This document shows positions 14,501-26,890 of a stretch of 64,000 bases of DNA, one piece after another. The notes beneath the pieces were generated by a model. The model was not told the DNA's origin. It saw only the letters and a list, made by a program, of their open reading frames with translations, and made no database searches. Position 1 is the stretch's first letter. Each line of letters opens with the position of its first letter. Location of the stretch: assembly GCA_051362555.1 (NCBI GenBank), contig CM120647.1, positions 20,560,651 to 20,624,650 of the forward strand, given 5' to 3'. Origin of the DNA: Lingula anatina (lineage: Eukaryota; Animalia; Brachiopoda). A program made the translations under genes and the position numbers.

Positions 14501-15314
14501 CCATACCCACATGTAAGTCTCAACCTCCTCCTCCCCCCCCCCCACCCCTGCCAACGGAGGTTATATGTTTAACAGCGTTGGTTTTTGGATGAGCTATTTG
14601 TATATTCTGCACTATATTTGTCGAAATTTTCTGAAATGACAGTTACTTAGGAGATAATGGGGGGAAAATAATTTTAACTAAATTTGGATTTCCTTATTAT
14701 TTTCAGAGAATTTTAACTGCTTTATTGCTGGGGAGGAGGGGTGCACCCTTGGGGGCCTCTAGTTAAAACATTTTATAACGTTGCGTTTTTAATGTACATT
14801 CATAAGTCAGGAAAGGGTTTAGTGTTAAAATCGTTTCAAATTAACACGCGCTCGTTTTTAATAGGTAAAAAAAAACATTGTAACTTTTGTATTGAAGGGT
14901 ACGACTGACTGCTGACCACATCAAAATCATGAAAGAAGATGGCCGCGCCGTCAATGTAATGACGTCAACAGACTTAGGGCATTTTCACCAGCTGAGGGTC
15001 AGATACGTTAAACGATGTGACTGCTTCCGCATATCTAAGTAAGTATAGCGAGCTTTATAAATTACTCACTTAATTTTTTTTCACTGGGAGCGTAGTCTAC
15101 GAGTGATTGAATTTTACTCATCTTCTAGTAAAAATAAGTTTTAACTAGTAGTTTGATGCAGCTGTGTTTTGATATTAAATGTCCACAAAAGAGAATGAAC
15201 TTATTGAAAAGAACATCAGGGTAAATGTGTCATAGTTAACAATGACGATGTTATAATTTCTGGTATATCTTCTCGACTTCGCCTATAGCCGAGTTTATTA
15301 TTATTATTGTTAAT

Positions 15315-15357
<43 letters not shown>

Positions 15358-15439
15358 TTATTATTGTGTTAGGTGTGACAACCAAAGAGGCGGTTGCTGG
15401 GACGGACACTCAGTGGAGCTCACCCCTACGGCAGGCTAA
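1477..15439 (+). CDS. 13-exon gene encoding an uncharacterised secreted protein, ~728 aa
   Basis: Hand-spliced exons: 1477-1482, 1680-1992, 7147-7370, 7699-7849, 8085-8400, 8712-8940, 9171-9300, 9892-10047, 10356-10511, 13863-14002, 14355-14512, 14898-15038, 15373-15439. All junctions are GT-AG, phases are compatible, and the total 2187 nt is open to TAA. The N-terminus MKNFSTQLVLVVFLLISGDILEA is signal-peptide-like. AATAAA at ~15724. Confidence 0.85.
2991..5005. mobile_element. Harbinger-like non-autonomous element(s) with long interleaved inverted repeats
   Basis: Termini agcccccgtcacac (2991), gacgggggcc (4699), tacccccgtcacac (4051) and gtgtgacgggggta (5005). TTA lies before 2991 and after both 4699 and 5005. 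2991-~3090 pairs with ~4610-4699, and 4051-~4300 pairs with ~4770-5005. Confidence 0.75.
3320..4004 (+). mobile_element. 5'-truncated LINE (Rex/Babar- or L2-like) RT C-terminus with (TCTTA)n tail
   Basis: ORF 3327-3884 reads MIVDFRK...FRLLGVEFNSSLTWKDH...KARQRVYFLRKL...IESILTFAIIVWYG...SFYPSAV. It is followed by AATAAA and a TCTTA repeat tail. Confidence 0.88.
10775..10897. mobile_element. One end of a MITE family also present at 37429-37653
   Basis: About 120 bp is the near reverse complement of 37530-37653 (cccattcccacagattttagatcgatc...aaaagctgtaaggggg). Confidence 0.75.
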
Positions 15440-16399
15440 TGAATGCGCATGCGTACAGACACCGGCTAGTTCCTGAAGGTTGTCAGACAATCTGCAACGT
15501 AGACACAGTTCATGAATAACCCAGACACCAATTGTTTACCTTATAGTTTTATGTGTAATAGAAGATCATGTGATGATTTTATTTTATTTATCTATTCATC
15601 TTTTATGGGGGTAGCTAGGAAATGGAGTTGGCAAGCACAAGTGTGGGATGATGTTTTATTTGTAGTTTAATTAATATTTGGTTGCATCCATTGTGAGTCA
15701 TTGCACGTTAGTAAACCGGTTTGAATAAACTAGCTTTTACAAACTGTCTTTACTGTTGTTAATATAATGTGGTTCTCAAAAGAAGGCTTTGAAACCCTTT
15801 GAATAAAACATGTTGCTATGGTTTCCCGCTCCGCTGTTAAAGAGAATCCCATTGGGTATTTTTGCTACCCGTGAAAACCACATTATATTGAGTGAAACGT
15901 TCATCTTTTTTAGCTTGAACCATGTACCACCCCCTTCCCGTGACTTGTAAATGCGGCTTTATTTAACCTCGTCCTTCGGCAAAGAAGTCATTATACCCGG
16001 TGATTTGTGATTTACAACTCGCCGGACTCGCATCTTCTATGAGATATGAATACATTTTTATTTCCTGTAATTTGTGATTTTATTTAACTGCGATCACTAC
16101 CCCCCCCCCCCCCCCCCCCCATGGAGCCCTCTTTAAAGGTTATTGGCAGCACTTCTTGTGCCCACCGTTCCTGCCACGGGTCCCTTGCATCACCTCTATT
16201 GACAAGGTGCCCATGTGCTGATGAACTGGTGAGTGTCCAGTGGCCTCCAAAACTAAAGGTGATGGCAGCCCTTCGTGCCACGTGGACTCTCTCCCTCACT
16301 CTCTCTCTTGATTTGTTACATGCACATAGTCTAAAGGGAAATAAACCATTTTTGATAACATGTAACATGTATTTAAATGAAGCATTTGCTTTGTCAATT

Positions 16400-17270
16400 G
16401 CCAAATACGAAAAAAACAAAAGCAAATATGCTTATAACAACTAGACAAAAACGTGCAAAAATACCAAAAACTGAACAGTAATTAAAAGTTATGTTCATTG
16501 GGGACATTTTAGATAATGTACAAACAGAAAAACTTTTAGGTGTATATATTAATGAAAATCTTAGCTGGAATGACTATGTGCAGAAACTTGAAAAAAGAAT
16601 TAACAGTAAACTTTCCCTTCTATCCAAACTAAAACGATACTTAACATTGGAAACAAGAAAACTGAAAACTGTTTTATAATGCACATATACTTTTTTTTTT
16701 TAAGATATATAAGTCTGTCCATCCACCACTTTTTTAGGTACTCCAATATGTCAACAGTGGTTGCCACCTCCACTTACCACAAATGTTATACTTTCTATGG
16801 TTATATGCCTATGTCAAGTTGATTCGGCAATAAACTATATATATATATATACTACCACATTTGGACTACTGCTCCATTATATGGAGCAGCTGTGCACAAC
16901 TAGAAAATATATACAAACTTCAGAAACGTGGAGCAAGAATCATTCTCGATATCCCAGAAAAAGAAGCCAAGAAACATCCAACAATTGAACTATTGAAGAA
17001 ACTAAAATGGCAAACAATCTATGAACGGATAGAATTTAAGAAAGCCACATTAATTTTTAAAGCTGTAAATGGACTTTCACCTAAGTACATCATGGATTTA
17101 CTGGGAATTACAACCATAGACACTACAGGCAGAATCACCCGATCAAATAATAAGGGAAATATCTATTTACCAGTTGTCATACATAAAGTCATACTAACTA
17201 AAGGCCCAATATGGACCTCGATCAAAATATGGAACTGCCTACACTCAGAAATCAAAAACTCCAAAGACAA
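16400..17270 (+). mobile_element. Degenerate CR1/L2-like LINE RT fragment interrupted by a 162-bp insertion
   Basis: EKLLGVYINENLSWNDYV, then FYNAHIL/PHLDYCSIIWS split by insertion 16692-16853 flanked by ATATACT direct repeats, then LQKRGARIIL...LKWQTIYERI. Confidence 0.85.
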
Positions 17271-17489
17271 CGTGACAACGTCGACCATGAGCAAAGTCAA
17301 TTCCGGGCAGAATGGACAAGTATAAGTTAGCATAATTTATAATTGTTCAAGGAATCATTGATTAGACAAATAGATGAAGTTACTGGTACATTATCTAAAA
17401 AAGTTGTTCAAATCACCGCATCAAAAAAAGCTTAAGAGTTCCAGCTGCTTCTCGGTGCATCACCTGAAAAAGAGGAAATAATTATTTGC

Positions 17490-17870
17490 ACATGAAGAAG
17501 ATTAAAGCGCGATAAAATGCCCTTGTAACTTGGCCAAGAAACTTAACTTCCATGAACGTCTACCATTTAAAGAAAGCCATATTTCGCGTCTTAATAAACA
17601 CAATTTTGGATCTCTGTCACGTCTACAGGCTCAAAATATCCTCTATCGGCGAATTGTTAAACAGCTGCAGTGTGTAGCGCACACGATCCAGATGTGACGT
17701 CATAGGTACGGAAGCAATCGGAAGTAGCCGAATAAACGTGACCCGTACACAGTTTGATACCCTAAAACTCCCTCAACCAGCGGTGGAACTGCAGCCTGTA
17801 TTTAGATTTTGTAGGCGCATTTCATCACTCTGACGTTGCTGTTGCATCATTGAAATTTGCAAAGGGGTGA
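17490..17870 (+). pseudogene. Orphan promoter/exon-1 remnant of the Cys-rich peptide family
   Basis: Shares cagctgcagtgtgtagc, tgtgacgtca, cagcggtggaactgcag and gttgctgttgcatcattgaaatttgc with the intact copies. The TATA segment is missing and no coding exons follow. Confidence 0.75.
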
Positions 17871-18064
17871 AATATTTGTTTTCACTTTTAACTTTCCCCT
17901 GATTTTGGTATTCTTTAACTCCGGTGAGTGGTATTGATAGTGGAACCGCGGGTAACTGCTTATGTAGTATAAAGAAAATTTTGGTCTTAGGACAGGGAAA
18001 TAAATGTTTTACAAGTGTTTTCAATGAACCGAAATAAATATTAGTTCGTAAATAAGTGACCCTG

Positions 18065-20120
18065 CACTGTAAAAATAGTGTTTAGCTCCTAAACACATTT
18101 CTAAGCGCCTGTTTTGTCTCACTTTTTCCACGCGTTTAGCTCCTAACATGTTTAGCTTCTTAACATGTTACACGCTTGTGTTTAGCAGTATGACGCGTTT
18201 GACGGCTTATAAATGTAGGGTGTATTTGTTTAACTTTTAGGTGCTAAGGGTTTCAACTGTTTCAGTCGCAAACGCGCGCGCGCGTGAACGCACACACACA
18301 CACACACACACGAACTCATGGTCACTTTTAACTGCTACACTTATCTCTTTCTATAACAGTGTACCGTGAACTGTCAACATCGTTGACTTCCCACTATCAT
18401 TTTTACAGCTGCAGTTATTCATCCTTGTGTTAGCTGACCTTGCGAGGAAGTTTTTTGGAATGTATTTCTGAAAAGCAGGTTAGGAAAATTCACTAGTTCA
18501 CTAAAGGCACGAAACAACTATCATATTTACTTTAAAACACCTTTCTCCATATTTTGATAAAATGCGTTACGGTATTGATATCTATTATTTTTTCCGGAAG
18601 TAATGAACAATAGAACATCAGGATGATGGTGCGGTATTCATTATAATACCTTACTTAAGCTTTCATCACATGCTGGTTATTTCGGTACCGATAGTCCGAA
18701 TATTTGCACCGCTCTAGTCGCCGACAAACCCCAAGCCCATTTTAGAATTAACCGCTAACTGTAGTTCAAACAGCATAAGGCGTGTTTTGGTTATTTATAT
18801 AAAATTTTTTCAAAATATTATATAATGTTTTTCCAGAATGTTATAAACACGCTGATAAAACTCCACAAAATGACGTTACATGTATCATAAAATTTTGTAG
18901 AAACGGTCTTCGAATCTTTTTACAAATTATAACGTTACTGTACATCATTTTGATCGGAGTTAAAACACCCATTACGTTACTATAATGTTCTTCTATACCA
19001 TTACTAGCATGTAACCATCTGATAACGTCGTGAAAACGTTATTTGTTATTTGGATTATTACTTAAAAGTACATATGAATCGAGCATCGGTGGAGCGTGGG
19101 TTGCCAGTAACACATATAAACCACCTCTCCTAGATTCTTATACGACTCAAATAAAGTCGACATGCCAAGGGACAAACTGAATAAATCACTCGATCAGCCA
19201 TAAAAGAGCTATAGACTGCTCTTTAAATTTTTGGTCAGAAATTTAACCTACTTATGTGACCTACTTTTCTGTCCCATGTATATACAGGATAGTAAGCTAA
19301 CAGAAAAATCCATTCAAATGTCATTTTTCGGGTAATATTAATCAATGCCTTCTGGCAATTTCCTTAATTATACTTTTTGAAACTATACTGGTATTTGGTT
19401 GGTTTTTGAGAAAAAAAATGACTTTGTATGCATCTTTCATAGGCCTATTTTAAATAAGCACGCGTTACTGCAAGGAAGGACACCAAGCGTTCGAGCAGAC
19501 TGCTCCACGCCTTCAACAGCTCCACATGTTTACAAGGGGAAATGTTAAGCCAAATTGTTGAGCCTTGTAATAAACTTATGGGACCGGTGAAACTAATCAC
19601 ATAGCTAAAAGTGCGACACTTCTAAGAATGTTAAACATTTTTATTTCTTCTGAAAGAAGCTTGAAAAGCTAAACTTGTTGCTCAGCTACCCTCTACCAGG
19701 GCGACAGATTGATTTTTCACAGATATGTCTCTAGATAAATAGATAGTCAATTTGGTCTGATGTCGCCTCAGCAAAAAATGTCCCCAAGAACTGCGGCCTT
19801 GATAGAGGGTATTGTTCAGCAGCTCCACGCGTTTAGGAATTCCACACCTATAGCAGCTCCATATGTTTAGCAGTCTCACGCGCTTAGCAGGGGAAGTGCT
19901 TAGCCAATGTGCTTAGCTTGTGATAGACTTATTATAGATCCATATACCGGTGAAGCTAAGCACATAGCTAAACGTGTAACACTGCCAACGTGTCTAGCTT
20001 TTTCTTCTGTGAAACGCTTAAAAAGCTATACGTGCTTAGCTTTTACACATATTTCTAAATGTGTATAGGTGCTTAACGTATGTTGTATGTATTTAAATGC
20101 TAAGCACTGTTTTTACAGTG
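18065..20120. mobile_element. Non-autonomous CACTA/EnSpm-like DNA transposon (~2.06 kb)
   Basis: TIRs cactgtaaaaatagtgtttagc and gctaagcactgtttttacagtg, a 2-bp TG TSD, and many subterminal ttagc/gctaa motifs. The paralogous empty site is at ~24970 (tgaccctcatgata). Confidence 0.85.
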
Positions 20121-20819
20121 TGATGATAATGAAATTTCCAAAATTTGCTGGTAAATATCGACATTCATTTTGTTGTTGATGTTTATTGTCATGGTGAGAT
20201 GACGTTATATCTTAACATCTTTACAGTTTCAATATTTATTCTGCTACATGTTACTTCACTATCTGCAGAACTTATGTTTTTTATTATAATGCCCTACATG
20301 TATATAATAAGACACTAACTATTTCGCGGAAGAATTGCAGCGGGGATCTTAAAATAGCTATAAATATCAGATCTACGGTATGTCATGGAGAATAAAAGCA
20401 TAAGAGGCAGTTTTGTGTCAAAATAATGCAACCTTTGTCATAAATGTCATACTAAGATATAGATATGCCATTCAGTGTGTTTGTAACTCAAGTGCCACGT
20501 TGTTCGTCTCTTTCTGAACACATTGACTTGTGTTAACCACATAGTCGACCCTTTTATCACGTTTTAAAGAGAAGATGACACCTTTTTGATGGTGGAATTC
20601 ACATCATGCGTTTTGTAGACGAATATTGACCTTGAGTGAAAGTATACAAGCGATTAATTAGTAAAGTACCTTGGGTGTTTATGGGGAAAAGACTGAACAA
20701 AGAAGACTGATAATAACTCTTCGTTTTGGCCCAAAAATGAATTTTACTGGAGTAAACAACAATTTTCCCATACTGACCAATGGTTAATGAATCCATTTTT
20801 ACATTCAAAGTTAGTCCCT

Positions 20820-20870
<51 letters not shown>

Positions 20871-21439
20871 AAAATGTGTTTTTTTTTTTGTTAAAATCTC
20901 TTAAGAGATTATAACAGAGTATAGCCATCAATGGAGGTCACGTGGTCCAAAGACAAGCTCAGATATCAGAATAATAGTTATAACTGCTGTTTTTGTCGTA
21001 AAACAGAATATATTATATTTCTATGAGTTTTTCACAATGTTTTTATTGTGACATATAGACCTCACACGAAGAGTTATTATCCCTTTACACATGAATACCG
21101 TATTACACCTAATATCGGCAAAGGCAAAATAAAATGCTGCAAAGGTAGAACATTTATTCTCACCTTATTTCGTGGCCATGTGTATAATGATTTCAAGGCT
21201 GCGTGGCGGGGATTGCACTTAAAACAATATAATAAAAGAAACAAGCAATAATACAAGCTTTGGCCAATTGCAAAATTAAAATAACACCGTGGGAATAAAA
21301 GACGACATAATTAAATCAAAGAATTATGTGAACATTAAAAAAAGGAATTTAAATTATAGTCCTAAAGAAGTTAAGTACTTCATCGGCATCAGTTGTGTCA
21401 CGTTAAAAAAGAATAATTGGCTTCGTATGTATACATGCA

Positions 21440-21885
21440 GATGGGTTGAAACGCAATAAAATAACATTGAAGCTCGGCCAAACACAGCTATCTCAGTCGT
21501 GCCACGTACACAAAGCAGTCATTAATACATTGAAGGAAACACGTGTGGATCAGTGTCACGTACACGTTTCCTATTTATCAGCTGCAACGTGTAGCACATA
21601 CGAGTCAGGTGTGACGTCACTTAAACGGAGAGAGACGAGTGTAGCCGAATGAATGTTATTGTACGCAGTTTGATATTCCTTATCACGCAGGTCCTTCAAT
21701 ACAGCGGTGGAGCTGCAGTATGTTATTTTAAGTTGACATCCCACATTTTAAATGTACCATATCACCTTGAACTGCAATGATGTTCAACTGCATATCTTAA
21801 CTGTGTATATAAACAGCAACACGTAAGGAGCGTAGGGCTATTTCATATCTGCTGCCGTTGCTAGTGCATCATTGAAATTTGCAAG
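21440..21885 (+). promoter_or_regulatory. Conserved promoter cassette of the peptide genes (also ~25840-26296, ~28910-29353, ~32220-32714)
   Basis: Each copy keeps gaa[ag]cgcaat, tgtcacgt, the CRE palindrome TGACGTCA, gcg(gt)gaactgcag, gtgtatataaac (TATA) and a short non-coding exon ending aG/GTGAG. Confidence 0.75.
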
Positions 21886-22626
21886 GTGAGCTGGTTTCGC
21901 TTTCTTTCTTTGATTTGCTTGAATTTTTTCTCTGAGCATGATTTTAACTGTGAACAACGAATAAGGGCACATGCCCAATGCTACTATTGGACTCTCGCTG
22001 AATGCAAACCGTGTGACAGATTACCACGCCTCCCCTTGTTTCCAACAAACTCGTATGATAACAGGGGTGGGTTAAGGCCGTGAACAACTAATAAGGGCAC
22101 ATGCCCAATCTTACTATCGGTCTACGAAGATAAACCTCTTCAGGGACTCTCGCTGAATGCAATCCTTGTAACAGGTAACCACGCCTCCCCTTGTTTCCAA
22201 CAAACTCGTATAATAACCAGCTTTTCTGTATTCTACTCAACTCCAGGAGGAACCGAGTTTATCTGTTAAATTGATTGCATTCAACGAGTCCGGCGGAGTT
22301 GGACAGAACTACGTAGTTCCAACGTGAAGAAGGAAAGCGGTGTTTACTTTTCAAAATATACTTGTATTCTTTGAAATGGTAGTTCTCATAAATTTCCCAG
22401 TTTACACTTGTTCTTAACTTTTCCTCTTTTACGTTGTTTTTTCACTTGAGTTTGGGCTGTGAAAAGAATCATATAATCTCTACGTTATTCAAGAAATAAA
22501 AATGCTTTTTTAATTTTTTACCTTATTTTTTGTCTGGATTATTTATCTTAGACACACGAATTTAGTGTCTTCATCATCTATAATTTGTATTTTAAACTAT
22601 TTTGTTTCAGATATTTCCCTGGTACC

Positions 22627-23206
22627 ATGTCGCCCAAAGTCGTAATATTAGCGTTCGCAATTCTGGTGGCTACATTCGTCCATGGTCCGAGTGAAGCGTT
22701 TCTATACGTAAGTTTCTGCTAAAGACAGCAGAGCTGTAGTTGTAGCTAGATCAGAAAGTCCATACCATATACTGCTTAAGTTGTAGCTAGATCAGGTACG
22801 CGCGTGATTTCAATCAAGTTTTCTTAATTCCTCTGGAACTCTTCACTGTTAATTAAGTGTCCTGCACTATAACTGCCGTCATCCGAATTAGAGACGTGTT
22901 GGGATCGCATGTTATTTATGCAATAATGTTCTGTCAGACGAAATTATTTCTCATACAATATGTATAAATTCATGAACGTACATTTAATGTAGCAACCACA
23001 TATTTCGTGTCCAGGCGCCAATAAAGCCTTTGTGTTACTGGATTTGTCAACCTCAACCTATCGGTGACCCCCTGGTCTGTGACCGCTGCCACTACCAAGT
23101 GGGGACATGTGTGTCCTTCAACTTCCCGAAATGCTATGTTACTGGACGGAACTGTGCTAGAAGCAACTGGTACGCCATCAAGTGCTGCCCTCACCACCAC
23201 TGTTAG
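22627..23206 (+). CDS. Secreted Cys-rich peptide copy 1 (90 aa, 10 Cys)
   Basis: Exon 22627-22707 encodes MSPKVVILAFAILVATFVHGPSEAFLY. Exon 23015-23206 encodes APIKPLCYWICQPQPIGDPLVCDRCHYQVGTCVSFNFPKCYVTGRNCARSNWYAIKCCPHHHC*. Phase-0 GT-AG intron; non-coding exon 1 ends 21885; TATA ~21806; AATAAA ~23348. Confidence 0.9.
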
Positions 23207-24426
23207 CTAGAAAGAAACCCACTGTTAAGGAAGAAACGTTACCAACGTGCTCGAAATTTCATTAGAGGTCGCCACACAGTGGAGCCTTTTAAACTTTATC
23301 GTGTATTACATCGAATCTGGTATTGCGGACAACTGCAGAGGCAGTGAAATAAAATGATTTGAAAAAAAAAACAAATGTTTGACAGATGTTTACAATTAAA
23401 CAAAACAAATTTGATTCATAAAACACTGACCCTGATGAAAATAAAATCCCCAATATTTTCTAGTATAGTTTCGCTTTGTTATTATTCTTTCTCTCTTTCT
23501 TTCTTTCTTTAATTTATTATTATTATTATTATTTTATTTTATTTTATTTTATTTTATTTTATTTTATTGAGATCGTGCTGCAGACGGTTTAAAGAAAGAC
23601 GTCTCAAACAGCACACTCTCTATATCGCGTAAGAACTGCAGCAGCTTCATGCCTTTGCAGCTTCGATATGGCGATCTAATAAGAGGCAAATTGTTTGTAT
23701 CTATATGAAGCATGTTTTATTATAAAATGGTATGACTTAAATAGTGATAAAATATATAAATAGATAGGATCAATTGGATTAAGTATCATTACAAGATGGT
23801 ATTATAATAATCTCGTTACGGCACTTTTCCACTTGTATCTTACGTTGATAATAGAAATAAACTGGTATGATATATACACGTAGATTAATGGAAACGGAAT
23901 AAAATGACCTTCTTTGACGAAGAAAACAAAACATCCGCTCGTGATTCAGTTGTGCCATGTAAAGAGATCAAGTGTGTATCTCAGTCACGTTTACAGTTCC
24001 AAAATATCCTGTAGCTGCAGTTTGTAGCGCGTGAGATGTAGGTGTGAAAGTGTTCAGAATATTTAACAGGGGATGTGGTTTTAGTGGTAGTTGCATCAGA
24101 TGGAATAACTTTTAATCCCTCTGTAACTCTTGAACATAGTGGCATTAACTGTGGATGGCGGGCCGAATAAACCCGCTTTGACAACAAAGTTGATCCGCGG
24201 ATCAAATCTGGTCGACCCATTTGAAAGCTTGCCGCGTGATGCCCGGGAGGTATCTTTTCAATGTCTTCTAGGGGATCATGCAGGAACCTTTCAAGGTTAG
24301 TCCGCGGATCAAACTGTTCAGAATGCACCCTAAGACAATTGGTAAGATCTCATCGTGATGCAGTAAATTACGTCAAATAAAATAAACCCCAAGTCGATAA
24401 GTATAATCGATCGTCAAGTAACTTTT

Positions 24427-24680
24427 ATTACCTACCTCCGCCAAGGAGGTCATGTTTTCACCCCTGTCTATCTGTCTGTCTGTTTGTTTGTTTGTTTGTC
24501 ATCAACATAACTCAAAAAGTTATGGACCGATTTTGATAAAATTGTCAGGGTCGGAAATGGGTTAACTTAGAAGTGATTAGTTTTTGATGGAGATCCGGAT
24601 CAATAATCAATCAATAATCAATAATAATAATAAATTGCTGCCTTGGCGGAGGTCTGCGCTCTCGGAGTGCTTTTCTAGTT
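24427..24680 (+). mobile_element. Helentron-associated (HINE/DINE-1-like) element
   Basis: Subterminal inverted repeats cctccgccaagg and ccttggcggagg, a (TCTG/TTTG)n microsatellite, and the 3' end gcgctctcggagtgcttttctagtt. A second copy is at ~37830-38098. Confidence 0.8.
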
Positions 24681-26890
24681 GCAGCTAGATTTCTTCTCTT
24701 CTTCCATGTAGACATATTCCGTTTTACTAAATAAAAGACATTTGCAGTGAATAGGAAATTTAAATATAAAAATTCATGGAATCGTACCTACATGTATCAT
24801 ATCTACAGGTGGCTCCTTTATGCTTCTGAAAATGTCAGCTCTTCCCGATCAGCAACCCCTTGGTCTGCGGCAGACGAGAGTACCAACAGGAAAACGAAGG
24901 ACAGGAAAATAAATGTTATACAAGTGTTTTCAACGAACCGAAACAAATATTAACTCGTAAATAGCTGACCCTCATGATAGCAAAATTTCCAAAATTTTCT
25001 GGTAAATATCGACATTCGTTTTCTTGTTGATGTTTATTGTCATGGTGAGATGACGTCATATCTTTACAGTTTCAACATCCTATCTGCTACATGTTACTTC
25101 ACTATCTGCAGAACTTATGTTTTTTATTATAATGCCCCATGTAATAAGACACTATCGGAAGAATTGCAGCGGGAATCTTAAAATAGCTATAAATCTCAGG
25201 TCTTTGTCATGGAAAATAAAAGCATAGGAGGAGTTTTTGTGCCAAAATAATGCACTTTTGTCATTAATGCCATGCTAAGATATTCAGTGTGTTCGTAACT
25301 CAAGTGCCACGTAGTTAGTCTCTCTTTGACTTCTATTATAATGGACCTTTTTTAACGTTGGAAAAGGGAAATAGCAGCCTTTTGATGGTGGAATACACAC
25401 CATGCGTTTCGTAGACGAACATTAACCTTGAGTGAAAATATATTCAACAGATTTAATAGTGGGGTACCATGGGTGTTTATGTGGAAAATACTGAACAAAT
25501 CTCATCTCATGGTCAAGAACACACGAATACCGTTTTATATTCTGATGTCGGTAAAGGCAAAATTATGATTTCAATGCTGCGTGGCGGGGATTGCACTAGA
25601 CAACAAAATAATAAAATATACCAAAAAGTCCTACAAGATTGGGCCAACTGCAAAATTAGAATATCACCGTGGGGAAGAAAGGATGAAATAAGTACATCAA
25701 AGCATTATGTAAAAATAAAAAAAATGCAATTTAAATTATGGTCTTAAAGAAGGAGTTTTAGTACTTCATCTGCATCAGTTGTGCCACGTTAAAAAGGAAT
25801 AATTTGCTGAAGTACGTTTGCATTTGCATGCAGATAGTTAGAAGCGCAATAAAATGACCTTGGAGCTTGGCCAAACACAAACGCGCCACGTAAACAAAGC
25901 ATTAATTAATACATTGAAGGAATCCCGTGTGGATCAGTGTCACGTACACGTTTCCAAAATACCCTCTAGCACCGCATGATTTATCAGCTGCAGCGTGTAG
26001 CACATACGAGTCAGGTTTGACGTCACTGAAACGTAGAAAACCGAATGTAACCTAATGAATGTTATCGTATACAGTTAGATATTCCTGATCACACAGGACC
26101 CTAAATACAGCGGTGGAACTGCAGCTTGTTATTATTTTACGTTGGAACATCCCACATTTTAGATTTACCAGATCACCTTGAACTGTAATAATATTCAACT
26201 GCATATTTTAACTGTGTATATAAACAGCAACACGTAAGGAGCGTAGTGCAATTTCATAACTGCTGCCGTTGCTGGTGCATCATTGAAATTTGCGAGGTGA
26301 GCTATTTTCATTTTTTTTTCGATTTGCTTGTATTTTTTCTCTGAGGAGTATTTTAACCGTGAACAATGCCCAAGGGCCCATGCCCAATGATACTATTGGA
26401 TACTGTTAGTCCATCTCTTCAGGGACTCTCGCTGAATGCAACAGATTACTACGCCACCTCTGGTTTCCAACGTTCTCGTTTATCATCTTTTCTGTATTCA
26501 AACCAACGCCAGGAGGAAGGGTGTTAATCTGTTAAATTGATTCCACTCAACGAGGTTCCCGTGGAGTTGGAGAGATCTGCCTATAGTTTCAGTGGGAATC
26601 AGACTTTAGATTATAGAAGAAAGAAGCGCTGTTTACTTTTCGAACAATATTTTTGCAATGGCAGTGCTCATAAATTTCGCACTTTACACCTATTCTTAAC
26701 ATCCCTTTTACTTTTTCAATAGAGTCTGGATTGTGCAAAGAAACATGTTATCTCTACGTAATTTAAGAAATAAATGTCTTCATTTTTTTCCTTATTTTTA
26801 ATATGTTTTCTGGATTATTTATTTTGTCGTGTTGGCATCATCCATAATTTGTGTTTTAAAATATTTTGTTTCAGATATTTCCCTGGCACC

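Noticed and set aside
23015-23206. Assigning the peptides to defensin, macin, resistin or conotoxin families
   Set aside because: Cysteine spacing does not match those frameworks as I recall them; left unnamed pending a search.
23981-24328. 115-aa minus-strand ORF
   Set aside because: It spans a truncated promoter stub and MITE-like sequence with internal repeats (ccgcggatcaaa) and has no recognisable domain.
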